Positions 13,380 through 26,021 of a stretch of DNA of 64,000 bases are shown piece by piece. The notes beneath the pieces are model-generated. The model saw only the letters and a program-made list of their open reading frames with translations. It was not told where the DNA came from and did not search any database. This DNA comes from Macrostomum hystrix (Eukaryota > Animalia > Platyhelminthes). The DNA lies in NCBI GenBank assembly GCA_950097015.1, contig CATNEN010000038.1:33418001-33482000 (forward strand), in the 5' to 3' direction. Position 1 is the stretch's first letter, and each line of letters begins with the position of its first letter. A program made the translations under genes and the position numbers.

Positions 13380-14089
13380 GAAGCCAATAAATTAACCTGA
13401 AGATCCCGATAGATTAACCTGAAGAAGCCGATAGATTAACCTGAAGAAGCCAATAGATTAACCTGAAGAAGCCAATAGATTAAACTGAAGAAGCCAATAG
13501 ATTAACATGAAGAAGTCAATAGATCAACTTGAAGAAGCCAATAGATTAACCTGAAGAAGCCAATAGATTAACCTGAAGAAGCCAATAGATTAACATGAAG
13601 AAGTCAATAGATCAACTTGAAGAAGCCAATAGATTAACCTGAAGAAGTCAATAGATTAACATGAAGAAGTCAATAGATCAACTTGAAGAAGCCAATAGAT
13701 TAACCTGAAGAAGCCAATAGATTAACCTGAAGAAGCCAATAGATTAACCTGAAGAAGCCAATAGATTAACATGAAGAAGCCAATAGATTAACATGAAGAA
13801 GTCAATAGATCAACTTGAAGAAGCCAATAGATTAACCTGAAGAAGCCAATAGATTAAACTGAAGAAGTCAATAGATTAACTTTAAGAAGCCAATAGATTA
13901 ACCTCAAGAAGCCAATAGATTAACCTCAAGAAGCCAATAGATTAACCTCAAGAAGCCAATAGATTAACCTCAAGAAGCCAATAGATTAACCTCAAGAAGC
14001 CAATAGATTAACCTCAAGAAGCCAATAGATTAACCTCAAGAAGCCAATAGATTAACCTCAAGAAGCCAATAGATTAACCTCAAGAAGCC
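13380..14089. repeat. 21-bp minisatellite GAAGCCAATAGATTAACCT(G/C)AA
   Basis: About 33 tandem units; the variant switches from CTGAA to CTCAA at ~13900. Confidence 0.97.
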
Positions 14090-14134
14090 GTTTAGTTCCA
14101 CATATTTTTATGCATCGTTTGAAATACCAGTGGC

Positions 14135-14497
14135 AATAATAATAATAATTGCTGGAGGGCTGCGGGCTATGCCACATCATTTGGTGACAACTGACCCGCA
14201 GCCAGCGAGGAGGCAATTCTGCCCATTTCGCTGACTCCTGAGCACACATGCACACAGATACTGTACGCAGGCACACGCTCACACAGGTGTGTACATCTGC
14301 CCTGACTTTCTCATGGTCAGGCAGTGTACACTCTCACTGTGCCTTAGAGGTTGGCCCTAAAGGGCGTAAATTGCACGACAAGCCATCAAGCCTTCTCTCC
14401 GCGGCGGCGCCCCAAATAAATGTGGCCTCGCCGTGGAATCGAACTTAGGTACCATGGTGCGAGAGGCAAACGCGTTAACCGCTCTGCCACTGACCCC
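14135..14497 (-). mobile_element. tRNA-derived SINE family B, full length
   Basis: tRNA-like head (A box TGGCAGAGCGG, B box GTTCGATTCC), shared body and (ATT)n tail; matches the copies at 24921, 43612, 46346 and 50123. Confidence 0.88.
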
Positions 14498-14608
14498 TTA
14501 ACCACTGAAAATACCATGAACACAGGTGAATTGACAGTTAGAATAGCCATGGACTCAGGCTATAATCAGCGGCCACAGACTCAGGAATACTAAAGATTAT
14601 AATTGTAG

Positions 14609-14707
14609 AGTAGAGTGGTGTGTCAGTAGAGTGGTGTGTCAGTAAAATGATGTGTCAGTAGAGTGGTGTGTCAGTAGAGTGGTGTGTCAGTAAAGTGATG
14701 TGTCAGC
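14609..14707. repeat. Short 16-bp array AGAGTGGTGTGTCAGT, the reverse complement of the 11578-12400 motif
   Basis: About 6 units, inverted relative to the upstream array. Confidence 0.9.
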
Positions 14708-15315
14708 AGCTATGCAAAATCTTATATAGCCTATAGTCTGGAGATGCAATAGTATTCTAGGAGTCCAATGTATAAATGCGGCTTATATCAAACGAAATTA
14801 GCGATTTGATTGTAAGTCTATATTCATTGTGCTTAACATCTGTCCATCGCTTTATTGTTTTCTGACCGCAGTGGAGAATGGGGGTGTTGGGCTGAGCCTC
14901 CGGCATTCCCTGCACGAGGGCAGAGGCAATAAAAAATCGATAATTTCTTTCTCGCACCCAAGCCATCCGCCTTGAAATCGCAGAGTCAGCGCCTGGGGCA
15001 CACACACACACACACACACACGAGGCCCCCTTCCTCCGCTTAGCTAAGACTGCCTATAGTCTATACCCATTCGCCCTCAAATTCGGAGTGACGTCATACA
15101 AAGACGGGCTTTCTCGCAAAGGCAGAGTGGATAGTGAAGGCACAGGGGGTTGTTGGCCGGGCTATTGTGGTTGGTCAGTCCAAATGTCCAAATGGACAGA
15201 CTCGACTTATTTCGAGTCTCACACATGAGAGAGACTGTACAGAATCAATTTTTTCTTCGCTCAAACTTTTCTATAGGCTTAGCAAGTGTTGAACTCATCA
15301 GAATCAGGCGAAAGC

Positions 15316-15792
15316 ATGAGCTACTACAGCAAGCGACACGAATTGTCAATAGTGTTCACCGAGCCATTGCCTAAGCGCTTCGAGTGCCCAATCTGCTTGG
15401 ACTGCATGTCCGAGCCGGTGCAGACTCGCTGCGGCCACAGATTCTGCTATCTGTGCCTGGCCCGCAGCCTGCCGTCAGTCCGATCGGGTAGCTGTCCGAT
15501 TTGTCGAGACTCACTCCATCCCTGGCTAGATTTGCACTTCGACCGGGCTGTGCAAAGAGAGATTCACCAGCAATTGGTCATCTGTCCTTGGGACTCCAGC
15601 GGCCAGTGTCAGCTGACTCTCGCCGAACTTGACGACCATCGACTTGAGGCCGCGTGGCTTCATCAAAAATCTGGCGAAAAGCAGCAACAGCAACTACAGC
15701 AGCAGCAGAACAATCGTCAGTGTCACCGCCGACATCAAAATAGTCGGCGTCGCTCTTCCAGCAGAACAGACGGCGGCAGAGACGCTGGGTGA
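15316..15792 (+). CDS. C3HC4 RING finger protein, TRAF6 N-terminus-like, no MATH domain
   Basis: ECPICLDCMSEPVQTRCGHRFCYLCL...CPICR, followed by DRAVQREI..L.V.CP (TRAF-type linker and zinc finger start) and a Q-rich tail. Confidence 0.8.
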   Translation: MSYYSKRHELSIVFTEPLPKRFECPICLDCMSEPVQTRCGHRFCYLCLARSLPSVRSGSCPICRDSLHPWLDLHFDRAVQREIHQQLVICPWDSSGQCQLTLAELDDHRLEAAWLHQKSGEKQQQQLQQQQNNRQCHRRHQNSRRRSSSRTDGGRDAG

Positions 15793-17059
15793 TGCCCTGG
15801 TTCAGGGACTCCCAGGGCCTCAGAAGCTAGCCTACCTGTATGCACTGCATTATTTGTCACCAGTAAAATCATTTCTCTTCCTCAGCTGACCATGCAAGCC
15901 AAAATAGTTTGCAGTCTGCACAATTGCACTCATGTATAATAGGCCAATAGTGTATTGCGTAAGCAGTGCACCCAATCAGTTCCTTAACCTGAAATTACGA
16001 TTCTAGCCTAATGTTTTCTTCCAAATGTAAATATATATTTATTTCTGCCCTTCGCAAATAAGGACTTATGACAGTCAGTGTAAAAAACGCGATTTCCATT
16101 TATTCGAGTTGTAATGATAAAGTTGACATCAAGAGTTTTTTTAGCTGCTTGACTTCCTTAATCTGCTGGCGTATATTGGGTCTTAAAAAAAGTATTCATT
16201 TAACAATCAAATTAGTTGATTAAACTGCTACAAACACAAATTTCTTCAATTTTCATGCTTTATTTGTTTAATCCGACTACTTAAAGTAGTACGCAATAAT
16301 TTTTTTTGTAGCCCAGCTAAATAGTAAGTTCTATGCGTAAATTTACTGTCACATTTGGCAGAATGTTTGTTGACTGGCGTCATATTTCCGATTGTTTGAT
16401 ATGCTAGCCCACTTGATAAACAATTGATTTTACTGATGTTATAGAAAATTAGTCAAGCATTAGGCTCTGCAGCGACTACGCTTGCGGTTCTATAGGCCTG
16501 CAATCCTAGTGCTTCTGTTGACTCACAGAATGCCACATGCAATGTTTAATCAGTCACATTTCAGCTCTCAGAATAGTCAACACGGCTGATACAAACTATC
16601 ACTAGTATATTGTTAACGACCCAAACAGAAAAATTGACGCACAAAATTGACACACATTTTCAGAACTGATCAGATCGACCAACATGTCAGCATCCTTGGA
16701 ACAAGACATGTCAGGTAAGCCTAACTTGCAAAACACAAGCAGTTAGTCTCAATGGTGCAGCATTGCACCCACCTGATCGGATAATCATTGTAGCTTTTGA
16801 TAAAAAAATTACTTATTCTAAATCTCGAATAAACAATAGAGTCTGATACAGGAGTACATGAGAGCATTGCTAAACAGTCTCTTCCTGGTTATGCTAAATA
16901 AGTGATTCAGCTCACATAGAGCTTTGAAGGTGTGTAAAATTTAGTAAGCACAATTCAGCTGAACTGTTTTTCTCGGGTGACTGGTTACACCCTCGAACAA
17001 CACCCACCCCCTCCTCAATATATTTATTAGTTAGCCAATAAATATATCGACTCTCAGGC

Positions 17060-18150
17060 CTTAGAGCCTGCAAGTAATTTGTGACACAAAGTCTCGCTGT
17101 TCTTACACTGTGGTGGCAGCGATGGACTCAGCCAACGCGAGTGAGCTAGCTTGCTATCGACAAAATTGTCCAGCCAGTCAGCCGTGCTCAGTGTTTTCTC
17201 AGATAACAAGGGCTGAGAAGATGCCAAGGCTACGTCAAAATTGAAGCTCCTGCTGCATGGAGACACCCACACAGATATGCGTCCGAGATCCATGCATGAG
17301 TTACAGGATCGGCGACGCATTAGCACAGAGATTCTGCAAGAGCTATCGTACTCGTTGAAGCTGCAGTACATGAGAGCAAGACCGGGCTGCGAGACTGCTA
17401 GGTGAAGTTTAAAGTCATGCAGCTGCTGTCAGCAGACACACGCGAAACGCTGCTAAAAGACAACAACCTGGATGACCTGCACGAAGGAAGAGCTGATCAA
17501 GCAGGCTAAGAGACCGGAGCGATTTGCAGGCAAAAGCAAACCTGGCAACTCAGCCACCATGGCAATGGCGAACGACAGGCTTGCATAGTTGGAGCAACAG
17601 CTGGAGACCCTGACGGCTGCGATGACTAGAGGCGGCAGCGCAAGATGGCACGGCAGCACCAGGCCAGGCCGCTGGGACAAGAGGCCACATCTCTCGCCGA
17701 CGCCCTTCGGCGGGGCCTCAGAGCCAGACCCGCTGCTTCAACTGCTCCGGCTGGGGGCCACAGTGCAGCCGTCTAACCCTTAAAATTCCGGCCGATAAAA
17801 TTCTTCTGAGGGTGCAGGGTGCTAAGGGCCAGCTCCAACTCGCCTATCAAGTGCCCAGCCTTCTGTAAGGTCGAGAGGGCAGTTTTCTACTTAAAACTTG
17901 ACGTGCCGGGGTTTGAACCGTGAACTGTGTTGAGGAAGTAAAATGTGGGTTGATGGGCACGGCTTGACAAAACTGGCGCCTGCAGACCTCGCTGATCTGC
18001 TGCAGCCTCATGTGATCCTGCGGCCTTAAGTTCCAGGCCGGCAGCAGCTGCAAATGGTGTGAGCTTTGTGGGTGTATTGTGCACTGATTTTTGGGTGAGT
18101 GCATGAAACGTTCGACTGCTCCCGTGCACATACAACACGCACCCTTTCTC
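17060..18150 (+). mobile_element. Degenerate LTR retrotransposon gag-protease remnant in intron 1 of ENaC copy 1
   Basis: Frameshifted zinc knuckle RCFNCSGWG/HSAAV*P at ~17731-17780 and protease-like D.TGA..TSLI and AANG motifs at ~17965-18060. Confidence 0.55.
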
Positions 18151-18361
18151 AATCGTTAACCAATAAACATCTAGACTCTTAGGCCTTGGAGTCTGCAAGT
18201 CCGAGTACTTCGTGAAACAATTTTCGCTGTATTTGCGTTTAAATTATTTTGCAGTTAAGCTTCCGAAAATTGTACCGTAATATTACATCCTTTACAAGCT
18301 ACAATTAATCAATCCAAGCAGGTGTTTTAGTGAGCAGCCGCCTCTGCAAGCCTGAGCTGCT

Positions 18362-19737
18362 CTTGACTTACTTTGACTTAGCTGCAGGGTGGTCCATGGA
18401 CGCAGCGGGGAGGCGAGGATCGCCCATACCGCTAACCCCTGTAGGCCCGCAGACAGGCAAGGGCGCGGGGCCGGTCAGGGTGGTCCGCCGGTCCGTCCTG
18501 CAGCGTTGTCTTCCGTAGGGAAGAACGTGGCTCAGAAAAACTGGACGAGCCGTGGAATGCTGTCGGGCTGGCAGATCTCGTCCATAGACGGGTTGGGCCC
18601 GAGGTAGCGTAGCCGGTCTCTGTTAAAGAAAGGGCAGTGACACACAAAGTGCTCAGCATCTTCGTTGTCGTACTCACAGAATGGACACAGTTCACTCTCA
18701 AGGTCGCCCCGGAGGAAACAGTGCCTAGCGAGGTAGCCGTGGCCCGTGAGGGTCATGGCGAGGGCGCGGATATCCTTCCGGTTTTGGTTGTTTTGGTTCA
18801 AAAGGATGTTCATAAGCCTGCGATACGGGCGCGGAACTGCGGCACGGGATTACCGACAGTTCTGGGTGCCCACCCATCTGTCCCTATAGAGGGATTCAGC
18901 CCAGTCATCAATGTGGCGATTGATGACCGTGATGGGGATCGGGACCAGGGTAGCAGGGCCCAGGAGAGAGCCAGAGCCACCATGCTTGGCAAGGGTATCC
19001 GCTAGCTTGTTCCCTGGGAAGCCCGCATGCCCTGGGATCCAGCTCAGCCTGACCGTGTTGTTACGGGCCAGGAGGTTGAGTTGCCGGGCACAGTCAGCGA
19101 CTGTCCGGGAGCACGTGGTGGTGCGGCAAAGGGCTTGTAAGGCCGCTTGGCTGTCAGAGTGGATGATGATAGTCTCTCCTCTCGTATTCCTGGCATTCAG
19201 CTCTGCGGCACAGGAGCTGATAGCAAGGATTTCATTCTTGAAGACCGAAGAAAGTCTCCCAGTATGTTGGGCATGCGTAGGGACGACGCGGCCGTTGATC
19301 AGGATGCAGACCCCAAAGCCGGCAGGGCCGTCTTTAAGGGATCCGTCCGTATAGCAGTGGACCTCCTGGTGGTTCCAGTGGTCGTTAGCGTCTTCACTCG
19401 AGGGGATGATGATTTTGTAGCGTTGGGTGAGATTGAGAGTGTGTGGTTCGCCTTCAGATAAGACGTGGAGTCCACCGCTATCTTCCAAGTCTCGAAGGCA
19501 CAGATCCGTGTGAGGCAAAAGTTTGCGCTTTGCCATTGCCTTTTGAGGCGTGAAGCGGACGCCGGCGTCAATAAGCCGACGCGCTGTTTTAGCGGCTTCC
19601 CTGCGGACAAAAATGTCCAACGGGGGAGCGTCGAGGAGGCATTGAGGCCATCGTAAGGAGCAGACGGTGGGGCACTCATGGTCATGCGACAAGCGCGCCC
19701 TTGCGTTTTCCTAAGTGCCTCCAGGCAGGTCTTCAGC
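18362..19737 (-). mobile_element. 5'-truncated non-LTR retrotransposon with RNase H and CCHC domains (I/R1/LOA group)
   Basis: YTDGS, IHSDSQAAL and WIPGHAGFPGNKLADTLAK (RNase H); CPFCEYDNEDAEHFVCHCP knuckle; short TAAGTCAA(A)G repeat tail at the 3' end. Confidence 0.9.
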
Positions 19738-21187
19738 GGAATCATTCCGACCCAATGGAGTTATTACAATGGCTTGGACCTGCTGGTTCCGGCCTCGCTG
19801 CGGCTGTTCCTGACGGATCCGGACACGTATCCGAGTGAGCTGAGCTCCGCCTCCGTGCTGCTCAGGCCTGGAACCTCCAACGAGATTAAGATTTCCATGC
19901 TGCAGACAGAGAAGGATGTGTCCCAGCTGTCTAACGAGTGCGTGGCGGAGGAGAGACGAGTCAGCTACTTCAATCCGTACTCACCTGAGCAGCCCTACAG
20001 CATGCGATACAGCTACGTCTTCTGCTACTACGATGGTTGGTTATTTGTGGACGAATGAAAGCACGTTTCTTTAACGCACTTTCTTTCTCCATTTAGAAAT
20101 ACTTGTAGCTTATTATTTTCAATTGAAGGTTGAAAATTGAGTATAATGAGTAAAAAATATTTGTTTTTATTAGATCTCTTGTTGTCGAGTGACTAGAAAC
20201 ATAATTAAAATTTACATATTTTACTTTTTTAGAGCTTTTCAGCCGAGCTCAGAAGATATTAAACTGCATCGAACAAGGATACCCAAGACCCCAGCACCAC
20301 GCCGACCTTAATAGCTGCTACAACTGGTCCGCCACTGGCATTTACGCTAATACTAATCTAACCAACGTCCAGTCTGTGAGCAGCGAAGCAGCCAGAGCCT
20401 GTAGCAAGAAGCGCCCGTGCACCGAGAGGTCCTACAGCCTGGCCTGGTCCACTGGCTCCTGACCATCCGACGCAGACAACCGAGACATGATGCATGAATT
20501 GCGTCCGTTCCTTAGTAGCAAAGGACGGATGCCGATGGTCGAGTACCTGTACACCGTGTTGGACAGAACCTATGCCATCAATAGCAGCGACACCCAGCTG
20601 CTGCAGCGGATGCTGTTAGACCTGAATCGGCAGCTGCAGTCGCAGGTGCTGCAGGTGAAGCTCATCAGTGCTGGACAGCTCAGCGCCGGCATGACGGTGT
20701 CTCTGGCCTACACTGGACTGAGCTTCTTTGCCGAGATCGGCGGTCTGTCCGGACTGTACCTGGGCTGCTCTGCGCTGACATTCTTTGAAGTTGTAGAGCT
20801 GATTCATAATCTGCTGATCGCCGTGTGCCGTTCTGAGCGGAAACCAGACAAGACATCGTCGAATGGTACTGCAGATGGAGCGGAGGATTCAGTGAAGGGC
20901 CAAACCAGCGGTGACTTTGAAGAACCGCAGCAGTCAGATCTGGCAGTGGAAAATGTTGATTGAATAGCTTGAAGCAAAATGGTAATGTAATTGTCTAGTG
21001 TCCAGGGGATAAATGAGGGTTATTGTGGAATTTCTGTAATGCTGGTACATTTCAATAGACTATAAAATTTGAGTGAGTTTTATTACCATGTAAGTTTATC
21101 CAAGTTCTAATGTACGAGGAGTGTACTAATACATTTTTATTTCAGCCCGTTTTAAGTCGAGCTAGACATACGGCCAGTGGTGGTAGA

Positions 21188-21428
21188 GCCGCAGCAATCG
21201 CGTGGTGCTTTTACGGACTGTGTACATGGACAGCTTTTTGTCCAGATTTTTCCACATCCACCCAGATTTTCACCCAGCGAATGCTGCTACCTATCATACA
21301 TCTGGGTGAACTGAAAGAATGAAGGTATCAGGCGTCTCAGTAAGGATGGAAGCTATTTCCTGGGCTGAGATTCAATTACCGATCTCCCTGTGCCTGAAGT
21401 CCATGGCTCTAACCGCTTGGACAGAGGT
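21188..21428 (-). mobile_element. Old, degenerate SINE family A-related copy
   Basis: Contains CTGGGTGAACTGAA and a decayed tRNA-like head. Confidence 0.5.
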
Positions 21429-21906
21429 TCCTATCGTAAAATTTACAATTATTTATTATCGAAGATAATATTTCGTTTTAGTCTAGTCATTCAGCCGATA
21501 ACTAGGTGCAGACTACTAGAAGTAGTCACGCTTAAGCTGCTCTTGTATTTTTTACTAAAATTTAAAAAAATTGTTTCCATTGTTCAGGAGTCGCAATTTG
21601 GCATTCTCTCTAGGATTGCGTCAATTAAACCTAATCAGTCTAAACGGATATTTCTCACGAAAAAATGTTAATTAGTAAGACCAATGGACTGTCGCATTTT
21701 TAGTTTGCTTGACTAAACCCAACTGAGAATACTGTTGACTGAAAAGAGACCTTCATACTTCATGACTATTCAGCTGAGTCAATATCGCTCAGAAATATTT
21801 GTATAACGCTTGTATATAAAGCTAAAATAATACTAGACTGTGAAACCTGCTCTAAAAGCTGCAACCTTTGTCCGGACTGACCGTACCTAACAGCTTCCAT
21901 TCGGAA

Positions 21907-24454
21907 ATGAAGAGAGCGCTGGATAATAGGCCTGTACCAGGTAAAGTTCGGTTGACATATCCGTGGATACTCGTATTTTTCGTTTTAAGTGCACAGCATT
22001 TAAACCAGAGCAAAATATATTACTCAGAGAATTCAACATTGCTCCAGGGAGATTTCAGCAAAAGAACTTCACCCTGTAGATTTTAGTTCTTCTGTAGTCA
22101 ATCACAACAAAAGTAAAAGCAGTAAAAGAGAAGTAGCAGCTGCTGCTTGATATGAAGTTAATAATTAATTACCTTGCCTGGATCCCAATTCAGTGCTATC
22201 AATAGGGCTAAAATGGTGATCAATCAGGATGAACTAATTTCTCGCACATGCAGCATCGTAACATAAACGCTACTATGAGCGTATGAGCAAAATTAGACAT
22301 GATCAAAGAAATTAGAAAAAACTAACTTCTTCATAAAAATTTCTTCAAAACGTGCCACACATATTTAATCCGTGCAGGTGTTCGGCTGGGTGCAACTTTT
22401 AGCAATTCGCAGCTTCTCCTGTTACGTCGAGAGCTTCGACAGTTCGCAACAGAGACAACAGCTCATGGCCTGAGTCGACTGGTTGGCAATGATCGGTCTC
22501 TGTACATGAAATGCATCTGGATTTTCGTCTTCTTAGCTGCGTCAGGTGTGTTTGCCTACTGCTTCTCTGCATCGCTGAGCAAGTACATCCGGGGTGATCA
22601 CAGCACGACTCTTTACGCCGACTACAAAGACTTTGTGTTTCCCGATGTGTACCTGTGTCCAGGAAACATTTTCTCCGGCAGCTACGGGTTCAGCTTGAAT
22701 GCCACAGAAGCGAACGACCTGCGCAGTCGAATGATGGATTTGAGGTCGAAGTTTATTCCAATGTGCAACGGCTCTGTGTATCTTCTGCTCCGCGTTGTGC
22801 TCAACTCACTGCCAGTGAAGCTAGTCGCTGACCTAATGGGACATCGACCAGCTCAAACTGTTTTGAGGGCAAATCTTCGTAAAGACTCATCCAACACATT
22901 TGAAGCGGTGCTTCCTGTCGAGCCGTTTTACCACTCATACGGCAAGCGATGCTCGAAAATTGTACTCACAAGTGACGTTCGAGAAGTGTTACGAAATCCT
23001 GCGAGCTCATTGTCTACCTATCTCTCAGTCGACACACACATGCTGCAGTTTCCGGTCAATGCATCTAACCTTGTGCTGTTTCCATATCACAACTCAATCA
23101 CAAACGTGAGCTCAGTTGAAAGTGGAATCATTCCGACCCAATGGAGTTATTACAATGGCATGGACCTGCTGGTTCCGGCCTCGCTGCGGCTGTTCCTGAC
23201 GGATCCGGACACGTATCCGAGTGAGCTGAGCTCTGCATCCGTGCTGCTCAGACCTGGCACCTCTAATGAGATCAAGATCTCAATGCTTCAGACGGAGAAG
23301 GATGTGTCCCAGCTGTCTAACGAGTGCCTGGCGGAGGAGAGACAAGTCAGCTACTTCAATCCGTACTCACCTGAGCAGCCCTACAGCATGCGATACAGCC
23401 ACGACTACTGCTACTACGATGGTGAGGAAAAATCTCTTTACAATGAGTAGTACATCGAGGGCTATTACTCAATAACTTTAACTGGGATACTTCGTTATAT
23501 TGACATGGATATTTAGTTAACTTTCTTTTTTATATTGCTAGTACGAGTAATTGTTCGTTTACTTATACTCTTGCTTTTATTTTTACGTTAATTGTTTCAA
23601 CGAGGACCATAAAATTGGATATTCTTAAAATGATCTTTTTTCAACTTAAGCTTGATGTTTTTTGATGCGCAGCAACATTCCTGAAGTCTATCAAACCGAC
23701 ATCGGGCCTTTCTGTTTCAGAGCTGCACAGCCGCACTCGTCAAATTCTGAACTGCATCGAGGCCGGCTATCCCAGACCTCAGCGTCACGCTGACCTTAGA
23801 AACTGCTTCAACTGGTCCATGGGCTTTCAACCATTTGACCTGACACTCATCAAATCGGTGAGCAACGAAGCAGCCAAAGCCTGTGGCAAGCAGCGACCAT
23901 GCATCGAGAGGTCCTACAGCCTGGCCTGGTCCACCGGCTCTTGGCCCACAGACACCGATAATCGCAATATGATGCAAGGATTGCGCAGCATCTTGATGCG
24001 AGACGGTGATAGAGGGACTATGCCAATTATAAACTACCTGTACTCTGTGTTGGACAGAACCTATACCATCAATTGCAGCGACACCCAGCTGCTGCAGCGG
24101 ATGCTGTTAGACCTGAATCGGCAGCTGCAGTCGCAGGTGCTGCAGGTGAAGCTCATCAGTGCTGGACAGCTCAGCGCCGGCATGACGGTGTCTCTGGCCT
24201 ACACTGGACTGAGCTTCTTTGCCGAGATCGGCGGTCTGTCCGGACTGTACCTGGGCTGCTCTGCGCTGACCTTCTTTGAAGTTGTAGAGCTGATTCATAA
24301 TCTGCTGATCGCCGTGTGCCGTTCTGAGCGGAAACCAGACAAGACATCGGCGAATGGTACTGCAGATGGAGCGGAGGATTCAGTGAAGGGCCAAACCAGC
24401 GGTGACTTTAAAGAACCACAACAGTCAGATCTGACACTCGAAAGTTTTGATTAA
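21907..24454 (+). CDS. DEG/ENaC (amiloride-sensitive channel family) copy 2. Exons 21907-21940, 22378-23421, 23721-24454
   Basis: Phase-1 GT-AG introns join in frame. HG motif FATETTAHGLSRL, TM1, FPDVYLCP, thumb cysteines, and TM2 FFAEIGGLSGLYLGCSALTFFE (GxS filter). Confidence 0.92.
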
Positions 24455-24466
24455 TTTTTTGTATCT

Positions 24467-24691
24467 GGGGTTGTAGCCCAGTAGTTTAAAGCGTCGGACT
24501 TACGACTTGAAGATCAGGGTTCGATTCCTAACTCCACTGGAACAATTTGTGTCATTTAGCAATGCACTTAACTCTGGATTGCATCAGTTCACCCAGCTGT
24601 TAAATGGGTAGCAGCATCAGTAGGAGTAATTGAGGGTGGGTGTGGCGTCTTCTCATCACGCAGCCTTCAGATGCGTCGCGCAAAAGCTGCA
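24467..24691 (+). mobile_element. tRNA-derived SINE family A
   Basis: Head GGGGTTGTAGCCCAGTAG...GGTTCGATTCC, then CACTTAACTCTGGATTGCATCAGTTCACCCAGCTG; begins 13 bp after the copy 2 stop codon. Confidence 0.85.
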
Positions 24692-24920
24692 AATGGCCTG
24701 TCAGTTTAGTTGCAGAAAGTTTTCACGGCGCATATACTTAGGCTTGAATGTGTTTGTCTTTATCGGGATTCAGAAATTTTCCTCTTTGAGTATAAAGCAC
24801 TTGTAAAAAAGTATGTTTTTTAGAGACGCATGGACTTTTTGCCTACCAATAAGTTTTCAACCGGTGGACTTATGCTTTGGGACCCGAACATTGTTTCAAA
24901 GGCAGTGAAAGTACTTTTTG

Positions 24921-25280
24921 TGGTGTGTGACAGAGCGGTCAACCGCGTTTGCCTATGGCACCAAGGTCCCTGAGTTCGATTCCACGGTGAGGCCACATCA
25001 ATTTAGGGCGCAGCTGCGGAGATAAGGCGTGGCGGCTTGTCGTGTAATTTGCACCCTTGAGGGCCAACGTCCAAGGCACAGTGAAGTGTACAGTGCCTGA
25101 CGATGAGCAAGTCAAGAGGATGTAGAAGATATTTGAGCGTATGCCCGTGTTCAGTGGCTGTATTTGTGTGTGCTCAGGAGTCAGCGAAATGGGCAGAATT
25201 ACCTCCTGGCTGGCTGCGTGTCTAGTGTCACCAAATGATGTCCCATTGCCCGCAGCTCTCCTGCAATTATTATTATTATT
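24921..25280 (+). mobile_element. SINE family B
   Basis: B box GAGTTCGATTCC, shared body and ATT tail. Confidence 0.85.
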
Positions 25281-26021
25281 GATACTAGTTTTACCTCTAC
25301 TTTTCGAAATAAGCTTAATGCTCTTTTAAAATATTACTTCTGTCGCGTTACGCCTTGAAATCGCTTACACTAAAGCTAACACTATAGTAACACTTTGGTA
25401 TGGAAGTCCATGGACTTCCGAGAATTGCTCGAAAATTGAGTTTTCTGGCAAGCAAATACCATCTGTTTGTTTGTTGTTTAAGCGAATTCGGAAAGTTTTA
25501 GATGCCAGGTAGCATGTCGATAGAAGCACCAGATTCCAGACTGAATAGCCCATGTGGTTGATTTGACATTGCCATAATTAGTCAGATTGGTTTCATAGTT
25601 GGGATTACCAGAGTAATATTCAGCGTGAATCATGGACTCTGTGTCGGATGTAAAAGTAAGGATTTAGTGTAAGTGTCCTTAACCCGATGTATTGACTTTG
25701 CCCCGCGCATCATAAAATAGTTTTATACTAGCACGATAGTGTTATGTGGACACGGGAGAAGTTAAACATTAGCTCGCTTAGCAACCAATGATAATCGACA
25801 TTAAATCTGCATAGCGAGAGTAAGCTGGTCCAACTCTGTTTGCAGAATAGGAAACTACTTCCAACCATTCACCCGTCTAACCATTCATTCGCAGCTCCAA
25901 TGACCAATCGGGTAATTATATTGAGTCAACATGCCCGGGCCAAGCGAATATTTATATTGGCCCATCGGATCCAAATGCTGCTGGCCCGCACGCTCACCCG
26001 CAAGGAAGCCAGATCAGTAAC

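Larger units (their letters stand above)
16684..20963 (+). pseudogene. DEG/ENaC channel copy 1, disrupted. Pieces: putative exon 1 16684-16714; exon 2 stub 18322-~18366; exon 2 3' part ~19738-20035; exon 3 20233-20963
   Basis: 3' part nearly identical to copies 2 and 3 (TM2 EIGGLSGLYLGCS). W codon changed to TGA at 20460-20462. Most of exon 2 is replaced by a LINE fragment. The 31-nt phase-1 exon 1 (MSASLEQDMSG|gtaag) mirrors that of copy 3. Confidence 0.85.

Noticed and set aside
11578-14089. CRISPR-like arrays
   Set aside because: No unique spacers, no cas genes, eukaryotic context.
20460-20462. TGA readthrough or selenocysteine in ENaC copy 1
   Set aside because: It replaces a conserved Trp in a copy already missing most of exon 2.
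24467-24540. tRNA gene (also 46765-46833 and 50123-50200)
   Set aside because: tRNA-like heads run into shared SINE bodies and acceptor stems are imperfect.
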